Source: Clostridiales bacterium (GTDB lineage Bacteria > Actinomycetota > Coriobacteriia > Anaerosomatales > SLCP01). From it: 64,000 bases of DNA. Location: positions 15,699 through 79,698 of the forward strand of contig JAGXSG010000022.1 of NCBI GenBank assembly GCA_018333995.1, written 5' to 3'. A program made the translations under genes and the position numbers. Under the pieces are notes generated by a model. That model saw nothing but the letters and a program-made list of their open reading frames with translations, made no database searches and was not told the DNA's origin. Shown in pieces: positions 47,443-56,739 of the stretch (within the stretch, counting starts at the first letter, position 1; each line of letters begins with the position of its first letter).

Positions 47443-48411
47443 ATGCTCGCTGAGTATCGGCACATCGCGGCAGCGCTGCGTAAAGCCTCTTCCGTGGTGA
47501 TCGGATCGCACGTCAAACCGGATGGGGACGCTATCGGTTCGATGCTCGGGCTCACCCTTGCCCTGCAAAGTCTCGGAATCGCCGCCGTGCCCGCACTCGC
47601 TGATGATGCCCCTCCACCTTTCACCTACTCGTTTCTGCCAGGATTCGCGCTGTGCGTCCCGGCAGCGACGCTCGCGCCTCCGGAGGTGTTCGTAGCGCTT
47701 GACACGCCCAACCCCGAGCGTCTCGGCATGGCCGCGGATCTGTTCGCGAAGGCCGATTTGAGAATCGTCTGTGATCACCATCCCGACAACACACGTTTTG
47801 GCGATCTCAACGTTGTCGATCCGGAAGCCGCCGCAAGCGGCCAGATGGTGTGGCGGATCATCGAAGCTCTCAACCTCACGCCAACACCTGACGTCGCCCT
47901 GTGTTGCTGGGTCGCCCTTGCGACCGACACAGGACGTTTCTCGTACTCGAACACGACCCCCGATGCGCTACGTGACGGTGCCGCGATGGTTGAGGCGGGC
48001 GCCAACGTCGCTGAAGCACACCGGCTCGTCTACGAAAACAGATCGATGGCCTCACTCAGGCTCGAGGCGCGCGTGGTGTCAAGACTGTCAATTCACCATG
48101 GCGGACGTGTCGCGTACTCCTGGATAACCGATGGCGACTACGCCGAAACCGGAGCGCAACCTGCCGAAACGGAACACCTTGTCGACACCTTACGCGCGCT
48201 TGGGGGCGTAGACGTCGCCATATTGCTTCGAGTGCATCCAGACCACGTACGTGTGAACCTCAGATCGAAGACGGACTTCGACGTCAGCGCCGTCGCCAGG
48301 CGATTTGGAGGAGGTGGGCACGTGCCAGCGGCCGGATTCACGTTCGACGGCCCTGTGGACGCGCTTCTTCCGCCGCTCCTCGACGCCCTACCGGGAGGCG
48401 GTTCCATCTGA
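47443..48411 (+). CDS. nrnA: DHH/DHHA1 family phosphoesterase (NrnA/CnpB-like oligoribonuclease)
   Basis: HVKPDGDAIGS (DxD), VCDHHPDN (DHH), FGGGGHVPAAGF (DHHA1 GGGH). ATG 47443 is the first start after the rbfA stop. Confidence 0.88.
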   Translation: MLAEYRHIAAALRKASSVVIGSHVKPDGDAIGSMLGLTLALQSLGIAAVPALADDAPPPFTYSFLPGFALCVPAATLAPPEVFVALDTPNPERLGMAADLFAKADLRIVCDHHPDNTRFGDLNVVDPEAAASGQMVWRIIEALNLTPTPDVALCCWVALATDTGRFSYSNTTPDALRDGAAMVEAGANVAEAHRLVYENRSMASLRLEARVVSRLSIHHGGRVAYSWITDGDYAETGAQPAETEHLVDTLRALGGVDVAILLRVHPDHVRVNLRSKTDFDVSAVARRFGGGGHVPAAGFTFDGPVDALLPPLLDALPGGGSI

Positions 48412-49340
48412 TGGGCCGCCGGGGAGCTCCCACGGGCATCTCCGGAATCCTCCCGGTCGACAAGCCTGCCGGGATGACGAGCCACGACGTGGTCTCTGTG
48501 ATAAGACACGTGACCGGGGAGAGGCGAGCCGGTCACGCGGGCACGCTCGATCCCGCCGCTACCGGTTTGCTCCTCGCGCTCGTTGGCCCCTCGACCCGGC
48601 TCGCACCGTATCTTATCGCCGCCGATAAGACCTACCTCGCTGACGTGGTTTTCGGCACGGCAACCACAACCGACGACGCACAAGGCGAACCCGTTCGCAC
48701 TGCGATGGTGCCAGATGATCTTGCCGTCCACGAATACGCACGGCATGTGGTAGCCACACTCATCGGAACACACAACCAGATGCCGCCGGACTTCTCGGCT
48801 ATTAAGCAAGGAGGAGTGAAAGCGTATGAAGCCGCACGCTCGGGCGCCCCGCTCGTTCTTACCCCGCGTAGCGTCGTGATCTCAGCCGCTCGACTCGTCT
48901 CCCTCGATTGCGGCCCTCCGGTCACCTGGCGTATCGCTGTGACAGTATCCAAAGGCACCTACATCCGCGCGGTCGCGCGCGATTTGGGAGAAGCGCAGGG
49001 CACCGCCGCCCACCTCGGCGCACTTCGACGCACGGCAGCAGGCAATGTCAACCTTGACTCCGCCAACCGGCTCGACGCGGTAAGAGAGGCTGGCTTCAGC
49101 ATCGCGCGACTGTTCGCCGATCCCATCCAAGCCCTCGGACTTCCGGTCGTCACGGTGGATCCGCACACGGCAAGTCTGGTAGAGACGGGATCTCCGCTCA
49201 CCGGTGTCGCTCACGCCGGCCCGCGAATCGCCGTCACCACCGCGTCACGCTTGCTCGCCATCCATGAGTGGGACCACTCTCTCCACGGCTACCGCCCTTC
49301 TGTGGTTTTGCCGGGAGGTGTCGCTCGATGCGGCTCATGA
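48411..49340 (+). CDS. truB: tRNA pseudouridine55 synthase TruB
   Basis: LPVDKPAGMTSHDVV. GHAGTLDPAATG contains the catalytic Asp. ATG shares one nt with the upstream TGA. Confidence 0.94.
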   Translation: MGRRGAPTGISGILPVDKPAGMTSHDVVSVIRHVTGERRAGHAGTLDPAATGLLLALVGPSTRLAPYLIAADKTYLADVVFGTATTTDDAQGEPVRTAMVPDDLAVHEYARHVVATLIGTHNQMPPDFSAIKQGGVKAYEAARSGAPLVLTPRSVVISAARLVSLDCGPPVTWRIAVTVSKGTYIRAVARDLGEAQGTAAHLGALRRTAAGNVNLDSANRLDAVREAGFSIARLFADPIQALGLPVVTVDPHTASLVETGSPLTGVAHAGPRIAVTTASRLLAIHEWDHSLHGYRPSVVLPGGVARCGS

Positions 49341-50266
49341 CCTACTCCGACGGCATGTCGCGCCTAGGGCGCGTCGTGGTAGCGATTGGCGTCTTTGACG
49401 GCGTGCACATCGGGCACCAAGCGCTTCTCCACGCTGCAACTTCGGATGCGACGCGGCGCGGATGCCCGGCTGTGGCCGTTACCTTCGATCGCCACCCCGG
49501 CCAGGTGATCTCTCCCGAAAGCGCACCACCGCAGTTGCTTACCGTAGAAGACAAGTGCGCCCTTATCGCAGAGGCTGGGGCGGACATCGTGCTCGTGATT
49601 CCCTTCGATCTGCGCATCGCCCACATGCCACCGGCCCGGTTCATCGACGGCATCGTACTTTCGGCCCTCGACCCTGTCGCGATACATGTCGGATCGGATT
49701 TCCATTTTGGCCACCGTGCCCAGGGAGACGTTCGCACGCTCAGTTCCATCGGTGCACTGCGGGGCTTCGCCGTTTCAGGACACGAACTTGTAGAGACGGG
49801 CGATCTGCCAGTTACCTCGACACGCATCCGTGCGCTTGTCGCCGAAGGAGACGTGAGCGCGGCCGCGGCGCTCCTCGGAAGAGCGCACCGTGTCAGTGGA
49901 CGCGTGGTACACGGCCGAGGGCAGGGCGCCTCACTTCTCGGCATACCAACCGCCAACATCGCACCGAGGGAGTTCAGCGCCCTTCCGGCGAACGGTGTCT
50001 ACGCCGGATACGTCTCGGTGGACTCCCGCTCGTTTCCTGCAGGAATCTCGGTCGGTACGCCCCCTACGTTCCCGGAAGCGCGGGACACTCTCGAAGCTCA
50101 CCTGCTCGGCTTCGATGGAGAACTCAGGGGGTCTGACGTAACATTGAACTTCCATGAGCGGCTCCGTGACCAGCGGGCGTTCGAGAATCCTGAAGGGCTA
50201 GCGTCCGCCATACTGGCTGACCTCGAACGAGTCCGTATACTCTTAACAGGAGGGAGTACCCCGTGA
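49328..50266 (+). CDS. ribF: Bifunctional riboflavin kinase / FMN adenylyltransferase
   Basis: IGVFDGVHIGHQAL. C-terminal kinase module GRGQGASLLGIPTAN ... LEAHLLGF. ATG 49337 (ATGA overlap with truB) is an alternative start. Confidence 0.93.
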   Translation: MRLMTYSDGMSRLGRVVVAIGVFDGVHIGHQALLHAATSDATRRGCPAVAVTFDRHPGQVISPESAPPQLLTVEDKCALIAEAGADIVLVIPFDLRIAHMPPARFIDGIVLSALDPVAIHVGSDFHFGHRAQGDVRTLSSIGALRGFAVSGHELVETGDLPVTSTRIRALVAEGDVSAAAALLGRAHRVSGRVVHGRGQGASLLGIPTANIAPREFSALPANGVYAGYVSVDSRSFPAGISVGTPPTFPEARDTLEAHLLGFDGELRGSDVTLNFHERLRDQRAFENPEGLASAILADLERVRILLTGGSTP

Positions 50267-50496
50267 CGGACGGCCGCCACACAAGCGATCCTCACGCGCC
50301 ATACGATGACATGCCTCCCGACCCGTGGACCGAGCACGGAATCGACCTCTGGACGCTTGAGCAGGCGGAGCGTCTTGCGGCCGATGACGTCGATCCAGCA
50401 AGCACGAGGTGGGATGAGCTCGACGGACCTACGATCGACGAGTTCGACGATGCCGCACGAGAGTTTGAGCACGTTCACCAGTACGGCGCGTGTTGA
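50263..50496 (+). CDS. Hypothetical small, strongly acidic protein (77 aa)
   Basis: GTG 50263 overlaps the ribF stop (GTGA). By my count 14 Asp + 7 Glu versus 4 Arg and 0 Lys, and 3 Trp. Third-codon-position G+C is about 70%, like neighbouring genes. No recognisable family. Confidence 0.4.
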   Translation: MTDGRHTSDPHAPYDDMPPDPWTEHGIDLWTLEQAERLAADDVDPASTRWDELDGPTIDEFDDAAREFEHVHQYGAC

Positions 50497-50590
50497 AGCG
50501 GTCCTACCGGCTGGATGCGGCCGGTAACGGGAGGAATCGCTCTCATCGTCATCCTCGCGCTCGTTCTTACGTACGTGCTTCGTTAACGGA

Positions 50591-50601
50591 TGTGCTAAAC
50601 T
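50591..50601 (+). promoter_or_regulatory. Candidate extended -10 promoter (TGTGC-TAAACT) for rpsO
   Basis: TRTGn + TAAACT, about 95 nt upstream of the rpsO ATG. Confidence 0.45.
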
Positions 50602-50695
50602 TCACGGGTTGTGTCACTACCTTCGTCAGGGATCGCCGACTCACCGACGGCGATCGCGGATGGAGGCGAATCCAGAGAGAATGGTGAACTAGCTC

Positions 50696-50965
50696 ATGTC
50701 GTTGTCCAAGGAAGTCATCGCCCAGATTGTCTCCGAGCACGCTCGGACAGAGGGCGACACCGGCTCACCGGAAGTACAGGTCGCGCTACTTAGTACGCGC
50801 ATCTCTGAACTCACGGAGCATCTGAAGATCCACAAAAAGGACCACCACACCCGCCGCGGACTGCTAAGACTCGTAGGACAGCGCCGCCGCCTGCTCCGGT
50901 ATCTCAAGAACAACGATATCGAGCGCTACCGCGCCATCGTTGCGAAGCTGGGGCTGAGAGGGTAA
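50696..50965 (+). CDS. rpsO: 30S ribosomal protein S15
   Basis: [38 protein letters not shown] is canonical S15 sequence. Confidence 0.96.
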   Translation: MSLSKEVIAQIVSEHARTEGDTGSPEVQVALLSTRISELTEHLKIHKKDHHTRRGLLRLVGQRRRLLRYLKNNDIERYRAIVAKLGLRG

Positions 50966-50981
50966 GAACGATAGGGAAACC

Positions 50982-51008
50982 GAAGGCGGGAGGTGTCCTC
51001 CCGCCTTC
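50982..51008 (+). terminator. Perfect 12-bp hairpin between rpsO and pnp (attenuator / RNase III-type processing site)
   Basis: GAAGGCGGGAGG-tgt-CCTCCCGCCTTC followed by TT only, 16 nt after the rpsO stop. Confidence 0.6.
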
Positions 51009-51093
51009 TTACTGCTAGGCGCCGGATGCGCCTGGCGGTCCAGAGGACCTCGCGCACGGGGCGTGGAGGTGAAGAGGCAGAGGAATGTGAAGC

Positions 51094-53286
51094 ATGTCTA
51101 AGATCGTCAAGCGGTTCGAACTGTTTGGTAAGGAGTACGTGCTCGAGACCGGCGAACTCGCAAAACAGGCAGGTGGTGCGGTCGTGGTCCGCCAGGGCGA
51201 CACCATGGTGCTCGTCACGGCCACAGCCTCGCGTCACCCCAAGGATCTTGACTTCTTCCCTCTGACCGTTGATTTCGAGGAGCGCATGTACGCCGCCGGC
51301 AAGCTCCCCGGAGGGTTCATCAAGCGCGAGGCTCGCCCGAGCGAGAAGGCCGTGCTCACCGCTCGCATGATCGACCGGCCGCTTCGCTCTGCGTTTGCTG
51401 ACGGTTTCCGTAACGAAGTCCAGATCATCGCTACGGTTCTCTCGGCGGACCAGGTGCATCAGCCCGACGCCATCAGCATCATGGGAGCCTCAGCGGCACT
51501 GCTCGTCGCGGGCATCCCGTTTGAGGGCCCGCTCGCCGGTGTCCGAATCGCTCGCGTAGACGGCGAGTTCGTCGTCAACCCCACCTTTGACGAGCTTGAA
51601 GAGTCTGATCTCGATCTCGTGGTCGGCGGTTCGCGTGACGCGATCTACATGATCGAGGCAGGGGCGTACGAGGTCTCCGAGACCGACATGCTCGCCGCGC
51701 TTACCTTCGCCCAGCAGGCGATCGCCGAGTTCTGCTCGGCGCAAGAGGTCTTGCTTGCCGAGTGCAACGTGGTCCCGATGGAAGTCCCGCTCTACACCAT
51801 CGCCGAGTCGTTGCGCGAGCGAGTCTTTGCCGACGGCTCCGAGAAGATGCGCGCAGCCCTGCACAACCCCGATAAGCACTCACGTCAGGACGGCGTCGCC
51901 GCTGTCAAAGATGAGATCCTCGCCACGTTCACCGGAGAAGAGCTCGCCGCTGACGGCAAAGACATCAAGACGCTTCTCAAGGAGCTTGAGAAGAGCACGA
52001 TGCGCCGAATGGTGCTCACCGAGGGAGAGCGCGTCGATGGACGTCGCGTCGACGAGGTTAGGCAGGTCACATCGATCGCGGGGTACCTCCCACGCGCGCA
52101 CGGCTCCGGTCTGTTCACCCGCGGACAGACCCAAGTCCTTTCGGTACTCACCCTCGGCATGCTCTCCGAATGGCAGCGGATCGACACGATCGATGTCACC
52201 GAGGGCAAGCGCTACCTCCACCACTACAACTTCCCGCCGTTTTGCACCGGCGAGACCGGGTTCATGCGCGGCCCGAAGCGCCGCGAGATCGGTCACGGCG
52301 CGCTCGCCGAGCGCGCGCTCGTACCGGTTCTTCCGGCCGAAGACGTATTCCCGTACACCATCCGGATCGTGAGCGAGGTCCTCGAATCCAACGGCTCGAG
52401 CTCGATGGGCTCTGTCTGCGGTTCGACACTCGCGCTCATGGACGCTGGGGTGCCGATATCGGCGCCGGTTTCCGGCATCGCCATGGGACTGATCAAAGAG
52501 GGTGACGAAGTCGCGGTCCTCTCGGATATCCAGGGGGTTGAGGACTTCCTCGGTGACATGGACTTCAAAGTCGCCGGTACCGAAAAGGGAATCACCGCGC
52601 TTCAGATGGACAACAAGGCCAAGGGCCTGTCCTACGAGGTCCTCAAGACCGCGCTGCACCAGGCAAACGCCGGACGGGCGCATATTCTCAGCAAGATGCT
52701 CGAAGCGATCGACTCGCCCCGCGGCGAGCTTTCCCTTTACGCTCCGCGAATCCTCACGATCAAAATCCCCAGTGACAAGATCAGGGACGTCATCGGATCC
52801 GGCGGCAAGGTCATTCGCGGCATCCAAGACGAAACCGGAGCGCACATCGACATCCAGGAAGACGGAACCATCTTCGTTGCCTCCCGCGACCAGGGTGGCG
52901 AGGAAGCCGTTCGACGTATCCAGATGATCGTGAAGGTCCCGGAGGTTGGCGAGCGCTACAAGGGCCGCGTCGTCTCAATCCAAGCGTTCGGCGCCTTCAT
53001 TGAGCTCACACCCGGCAAAGATGGACTTCTTCACATCTCCCGCGTCGCCAAAGGCCGTGTGGAGAAGGTTGAGGACGTACTTGCCGTAGGTGATGAGGTG
53101 GAAGTCGAGATCCTCGACATCGACGAGCGCGGAAAGATCTCCCTTGACCGTCTTGACAAGCCCGACGCGCCTGTCGGCTCCACCGGATCCGGGCGGTCTG
53201 AAACCAACTCCAGCGAGGGCGACAGCAATCGCGGACCTCGTAGGGATGGCGGCGGAGACGGTCGTAGACCGCGCCGCCGCCACTAG
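51094..53286 (+). CDS. pnp: Polyribonucleotide nucleotidyltransferase (PNPase)
   Basis: 730 aa. Two RNase PH domains, KH (GSGGKVIRGIQDETG), S1 (YKGRVVSIQAFGAFIEL), basic Gly/Arg tail. Confidence 0.97.
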   Translation: MSKIVKRFELFGKEYVLETGELAKQAGGAVVVRQGDTMVLVTATASRHPKDLDFFPLTVDFEERMYAAGKLPGGFIKREARPSEKAVLTARMIDRPLRSAFADGFRNEVQIIATVLSADQVHQPDAISIMGASAALLVAGIPFEGPLAGVRIARVDGEFVVNPTFDELEESDLDLVVGGSRDAIYMIEAGAYEVSETDMLAALTFAQQAIAEFCSAQEVLLAECNVVPMEVPLYTIAESLRERVFADGSEKMRAALHNPDKHSRQDGVAAVKDEILATFTGEELAADGKDIKTLLKELEKSTMRRMVLTEGERVDGRRVDEVRQVTSIAGYLPRAHGSGLFTRGQTQVLSVLTLGMLSEWQRIDTIDVTEGKRYLHHYNFPPFCTGETGFMRGPKRREIGHGALAERALVPVLPAEDVFPYTIRIVSEVLESNGSSSMGSVCGSTLALMDAGVPISAPVSGIAMGLIKEGDEVAVLSDIQGVEDFLGDMDFKVAGTEKGITALQMDNKAKGLSYEVLKTALHQANAGRAHILSKMLEAIDSPRGELSLYAPRILTIKIPSDKIRDVIGSGGKVIRGIQDETGAHIDIQEDGTIFVASRDQGGEEAVRRIQMIVKVPEVGERYKGRVVSIQAFGAFIELTPGKDGLLHISRVAKGRVEKVEDVLAVGDEVEVEILDIDERGKISLDRLDKPDAPVGSTGSGRSETNSSEGDSNRGPRRDGGGDGRRPRRRH

Positions 53287-53298
53287 GGGACGGCGAAC

Positions 53299-54552
53299 GT
53301 GTTCTACCGTTCGACGCGTCTTGAAAACGGAGTGACCGTGCTGACCGAATCGATCGACTCGGTCCGGTCTGTCGCGCTTGGCATCTGGTTCTCGGTAGGG
53401 AGTCGTGACGAGACGCCCGCCGAGGCCGGTATGTCTCACTTCATGGAACACATGATGTTTAAGGGTACGCCGACGCGCACAGCTGCCCAGGTCTCTGAGG
53501 CGTTCGACGGTATCGGTGCTGAGCTCAACGCGTTCACCAGCAAGGAATACACGTGCTACTACTCCCGCATGCTCGACGAGCATCTGCCTACCGCGGTAGA
53601 GATTCTTTCGGACATGGTATGCCGAGCAACCCTCGCCGATGAGGCGTGCGCAAAAGAACGCCAGGTTGTAATCGAAGAGATCGCACGGATGGAAGACACT
53701 CCGGACGATCATATCCACGAGCTGTTTGGGCGGACGCTATGGCCTGAGCATCCCATTGGATTGTCTATTCTTGGCAACCGCGAGACCGTAGGCGTGTTTG
53801 ACCATGCTGCTTCGATCGAGTTTCGCCGCCGCCACTATCTCACCGGGAACTGCGTAGTCGCAGCAGCCGGCAACGTTGACCATGACCTTCTTGTGGCACT
53901 CGTCGAGTCACATCTCGCCGAGCTTCCCGCTGGCCCGCGAAGCGAGCGTCCCGCCGCCCATTCGCCGTCTGCGAACCGTCTCAACGTGTTCGAAAAGGAC
54001 ACCGAGCAGGCCCATATCTGTTACGGCACGACGGGACTTGCGGCGCACCACGATGACCGCTTCGTCCTCTCCGTGATCAACCACATCATGGGCGGGGGCA
54101 TGTCGTCGCGTCTGTTCCAGGAGATCCGGGAGAAGCAGGGACTCGTCTACTCGGTCTACTCGTTCAACGCCCAGTACCAAGACACCGGCCAGTTCACTGT
54201 CTACGCTGGCACACGTCCATCGAACGCTGCTCAGGTAGTCGCCCTCATACAGGAGGAGTTCGACCGCGTACGTGATGAGGGACTCGAACCGGCGGAGATC
54301 GAACGAGCTAAAGAGTCGATCAAGGGCCATCTCGTCCTCTCACTTGAGAGCACCCGCAACCGCATGACACGGCTCGGAAGAAGCGCGGTGACCGCCGGTG
54401 AGCTACTCTCCATAGACGAGATCGTCGCGCGCGTCGAAGCCGTCGATCCCCAAGCGGTTCGCCGAGTTACGGCTGACATCCTCGCGCGAGACCGAGTGCT
54501 TGCGATGATCGGCCCGTTTTCCACATCCGAAGTAGAACACCTCATCACCTGA
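53299..54552 (+). CDS. M16 family zinc peptidase (pitrilysin-like, PepR/MlpA position)
   Basis: HFMEHMMFKGT inverted zinc motif HxxEH. 417 aa. Follows pnp as in Bacillus (mlpA) and Mycobacterium (pepR). Confidence 0.9.
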   Translation: MFYRSTRLENGVTVLTESIDSVRSVALGIWFSVGSRDETPAEAGMSHFMEHMMFKGTPTRTAAQVSEAFDGIGAELNAFTSKEYTCYYSRMLDEHLPTAVEILSDMVCRATLADEACAKERQVVIEEIARMEDTPDDHIHELFGRTLWPEHPIGLSILGNRETVGVFDHAASIEFRRRHYLTGNCVVAAAGNVDHDLLVALVESHLAELPAGPRSERPAAHSPSANRLNVFEKDTEQAHICYGTTGLAAHHDDRFVLSVINHIMGGGMSSRLFQEIREKQGLVYSVYSFNAQYQDTGQFTVYAGTRPSNAAQVVALIQEEFDRVRDEGLEPAEIERAKESIKGHLVLSLESTRNRMTRLGRSAVTAGELLSIDEIVARVEAVDPQAVRRVTADILARDRVLAMIGPFSTSEVEHLIT

Positions 54553-54559
54553 GAAGTGG

Positions 54560-55357
54560 ATGGTGACGGATATGATTGATGTTCTTGTCTCTGGCGGCGG
54601 TGGCAAAATGGGCCGGGAAGTGATCGCAGCGGTAACCGCGGCACCCGGAATGCGAGTGGTCGCCGCGGTCGACACAGCACACGCTGAAGAACCGATCTCG
54701 GACGGAGCTGGTGGCTCGATCACGTGCGAGGCGGATCTCTCTTCGGCTATCGACCATCACCGCCCGCACGTGATGGTCGATTTCACGCACCCTGAAGCGG
54801 TCGAGGCGCACGTGCGCACGGCCGCCTCAGCGGGAATCGATTGTGTTGTGGGCACTACCGGACTTGCTGTCGGCACGCTCGAGACCATCGCCGCTTCCGC
54901 TCCCGAAGGGACGTGTGTCTTCTTCGCCCCTAACTTCGCGATCGGTGCGGTGCTCATGATGCGCTTCGCCGCTGAGGCGGCTCGGTACATGCCCCATGTG
55001 GAGATTATCGAACTCCACCACGATCGCAAGGCAGACGCGCCAAGCGGGACTGCCTTGCGCACCGCAGCGCTCATCGCCGAGACCCGCCCGGAGGCGCCTG
55101 CTATTCCTGGCAGGGAAAGCCAGACCTTCGAGGGTGCCCGGGGTGCGCTCGTGGAAGAGATCGCGATCCACTCGGTCCGCCTGCCCGGACTCGTCGCCCA
55201 CCAGGAAGTCCTCTTCGGCGGTCAGGGACAGACCCTCTCGATACGTCATGACTCAATTGACCGTACCTCGTTCATGCCTGGCGTCGTGCTTGCGATCCGC
55301 GCGGTGCGAGAGCGCACCGGTTTCGTCATCGGGCTTGAGAACCTGATGGAGATGTAG
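54560..55357 (+). CDS. dapB: 4-hydroxy-tetrahydrodipicolinate reductase
   Basis: GGGGKMGREV NAD(P) fold. ELHHDRKADAPSGTA signature. Confidence 0.93.
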   Translation: MVTDMIDVLVSGGGGKMGREVIAAVTAAPGMRVVAAVDTAHAEEPISDGAGGSITCEADLSSAIDHHRPHVMVDFTHPEAVEAHVRTAASAGIDCVVGTTGLAVGTLETIAASAPEGTCVFFAPNFAIGAVLMMRFAAEAARYMPHVEIIELHHDRKADAPSGTALRTAALIAETRPEAPAIPGRESQTFEGARGALVEEIAIHSVRLPGLVAHQEVLFGGQGQTLSIRHDSIDRTSFMPGVVLAIRAVRERTGFVIGLENLMEM

Positions 55358-55358
55358 C

Positions 55359-56609
55359 GTGTCCGGCGCCGACTTACTTTCCAAACCTCGCCCCGTGGTC
55401 GTCATGAAGTTCGGAGGCACCTCCGTCGCCACCGCAGAGGGCCGCTCGGCAATCTCGAGCCACGTGTCTGCGGCGCTCGCCACAGATGAGGCGCCCGTCG
55501 TAGTCGTCTCGGCTATGGGCCGCGCTGGCTCGCCATACGCGACCGACACCCTGCTTTCGCTCGTCGAAGGCTTTCCCGTTGACCTGGCGGAGCGCGATTG
55601 GCTCATGGCGACTGGCGAGATCATCTCCGCTGTGGTGTGCGCCCATGAGCTGCGAGCTTCAGGCATCAAGGCGCGCGCGTTCACCGGCCCGGATGCCGGG
55701 ATCGTCACCGACGGGGTGTTCGGTGCCGCCACCATACAATCGATCAATCCGGCGGCGCTTCTATCCGCGATTAACAGCAGGATCGTGCCCATCGTCGCCG
55801 GCTTTCAGGGTGTTTCTGCCGATGGCGCACTCACCACGCTCGGCAGGGGAGGAAGCGACACGACCGCATGCGCACTCGGGGTAGCTCTCTTAGCCGAGCG
55901 GGTCGAGATCTACACAGACGTGGACGGTGTGTTGAGCGCCGATCCTAAGACGTGCGGCGACGCGACTGTCCTTGAAGTGATCCGCGCTGACGAGCTTGTC
56001 CAGATGTCCCGCCACGGTGCCCGTGTGGTCCACACTCCCGCAGCGGAACTAGCGCTCTCAAGCGGACTTGCCGTTCTTGTGCGCAACACCTATAGCGAGC
56101 ATCCGGGAACACGCGTCGCCGACATTTCGGCGTACCAGCCTGAGCGTGTAGCGACCGCCGTGACGAGTGCGGACGGCGTTGCCCGCATCAGGGTCGCACT
56201 GCCCGCTCCAGAGGCCACGAGAGCGCATATGGCCGCACAAACGCGTGTCTACCGGGCCATGGCGGACGCCGCAATCTCACTGGACATGTTCACGCCGGTA
56301 GGGGAGAGCCTTGTCTTCTCAGTGTCCGAGGCGTCGCTTGAGCGTGCATGCGACGTCCTTAGCACCCTCGGATTGACCTTCCAGGTGCAAGCGGGGCTGG
56401 CGAAGGTGACGCTCGTCGGGGCGGGCATGCATGGTGTACCAGGCGTCATGGCGCGGATGGCCGAGTGTCTCTCGGCGGCGGGTGTGACCGTTCTGCAAAC
56501 CGCTGACAGTCACACGACGATCTCTGTGACGCTCCCTCGCGAGGAAGCGTCACGAGCGGTCCACGCACTGCACGAAGGATTTCTCCTCGGAAGTCGTGGA
56601 GACCACTGA
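55359..56609 (+). CDS. lysC: Aspartate kinase (monofunctional, two ACT domains)
   Basis: VVMKFGGTSVA, LGRGGSDTTA. C-terminal ACT repeats (KVTLVGAGMHGVPGV). Confidence 0.92.
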   Translation: MSGADLLSKPRPVVVMKFGGTSVATAEGRSAISSHVSAALATDEAPVVVVSAMGRAGSPYATDTLLSLVEGFPVDLAERDWLMATGEIISAVVCAHELRASGIKARAFTGPDAGIVTDGVFGAATIQSINPAALLSAINSRIVPIVAGFQGVSADGALTTLGRGGSDTTACALGVALLAERVEIYTDVDGVLSADPKTCGDATVLEVIRADELVQMSRHGARVVHTPAAELALSSGLAVLVRNTYSEHPGTRVADISAYQPERVATAVTSADGVARIRVALPAPEATRAHMAAQTRVYRAMADAAISLDMFTPVGESLVFSVSEASLERACDVLSTLGLTFQVQAGLAKVTLVGAGMHGVPGVMARMAECLSAAGVTVLQTADSHTTISVTLPREEASRAVHALHEGFLLGSRGDH

Positions 56610-56666
56610 CGTCACACCTAGGGCCGTGTGACGCGGGACGGTCGGCGAATCCCGCTGTCACAGCTT

Positions 56667-56677
56667 TGTGGCACAAT
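56667..56677 (+). promoter_or_regulatory. Candidate extended -10 promoter (TGTGG-CACAAT) for dapA-rnj
   Basis: TRTGn + CACAAT in the lysC-dapA gap. Preceded by an 8-bp hairpin at 56610-56633. Confidence 0.35.
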
Positions 56678-56739
56678 GAGCCACGTTGGAGTTGGAATTC
56701 CGCGCCACTACGGACTGATCCCGGCACAAGGGGTTTCTC

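Noticed and set aside
50504-50525. 7-bp hairpin TACCGGC-tggatgcg-GCCGGTA just after the acidic ORF as a terminator.
   Set aside because: Short stem, 8-nt loop and no U tract. It could equally be chance.
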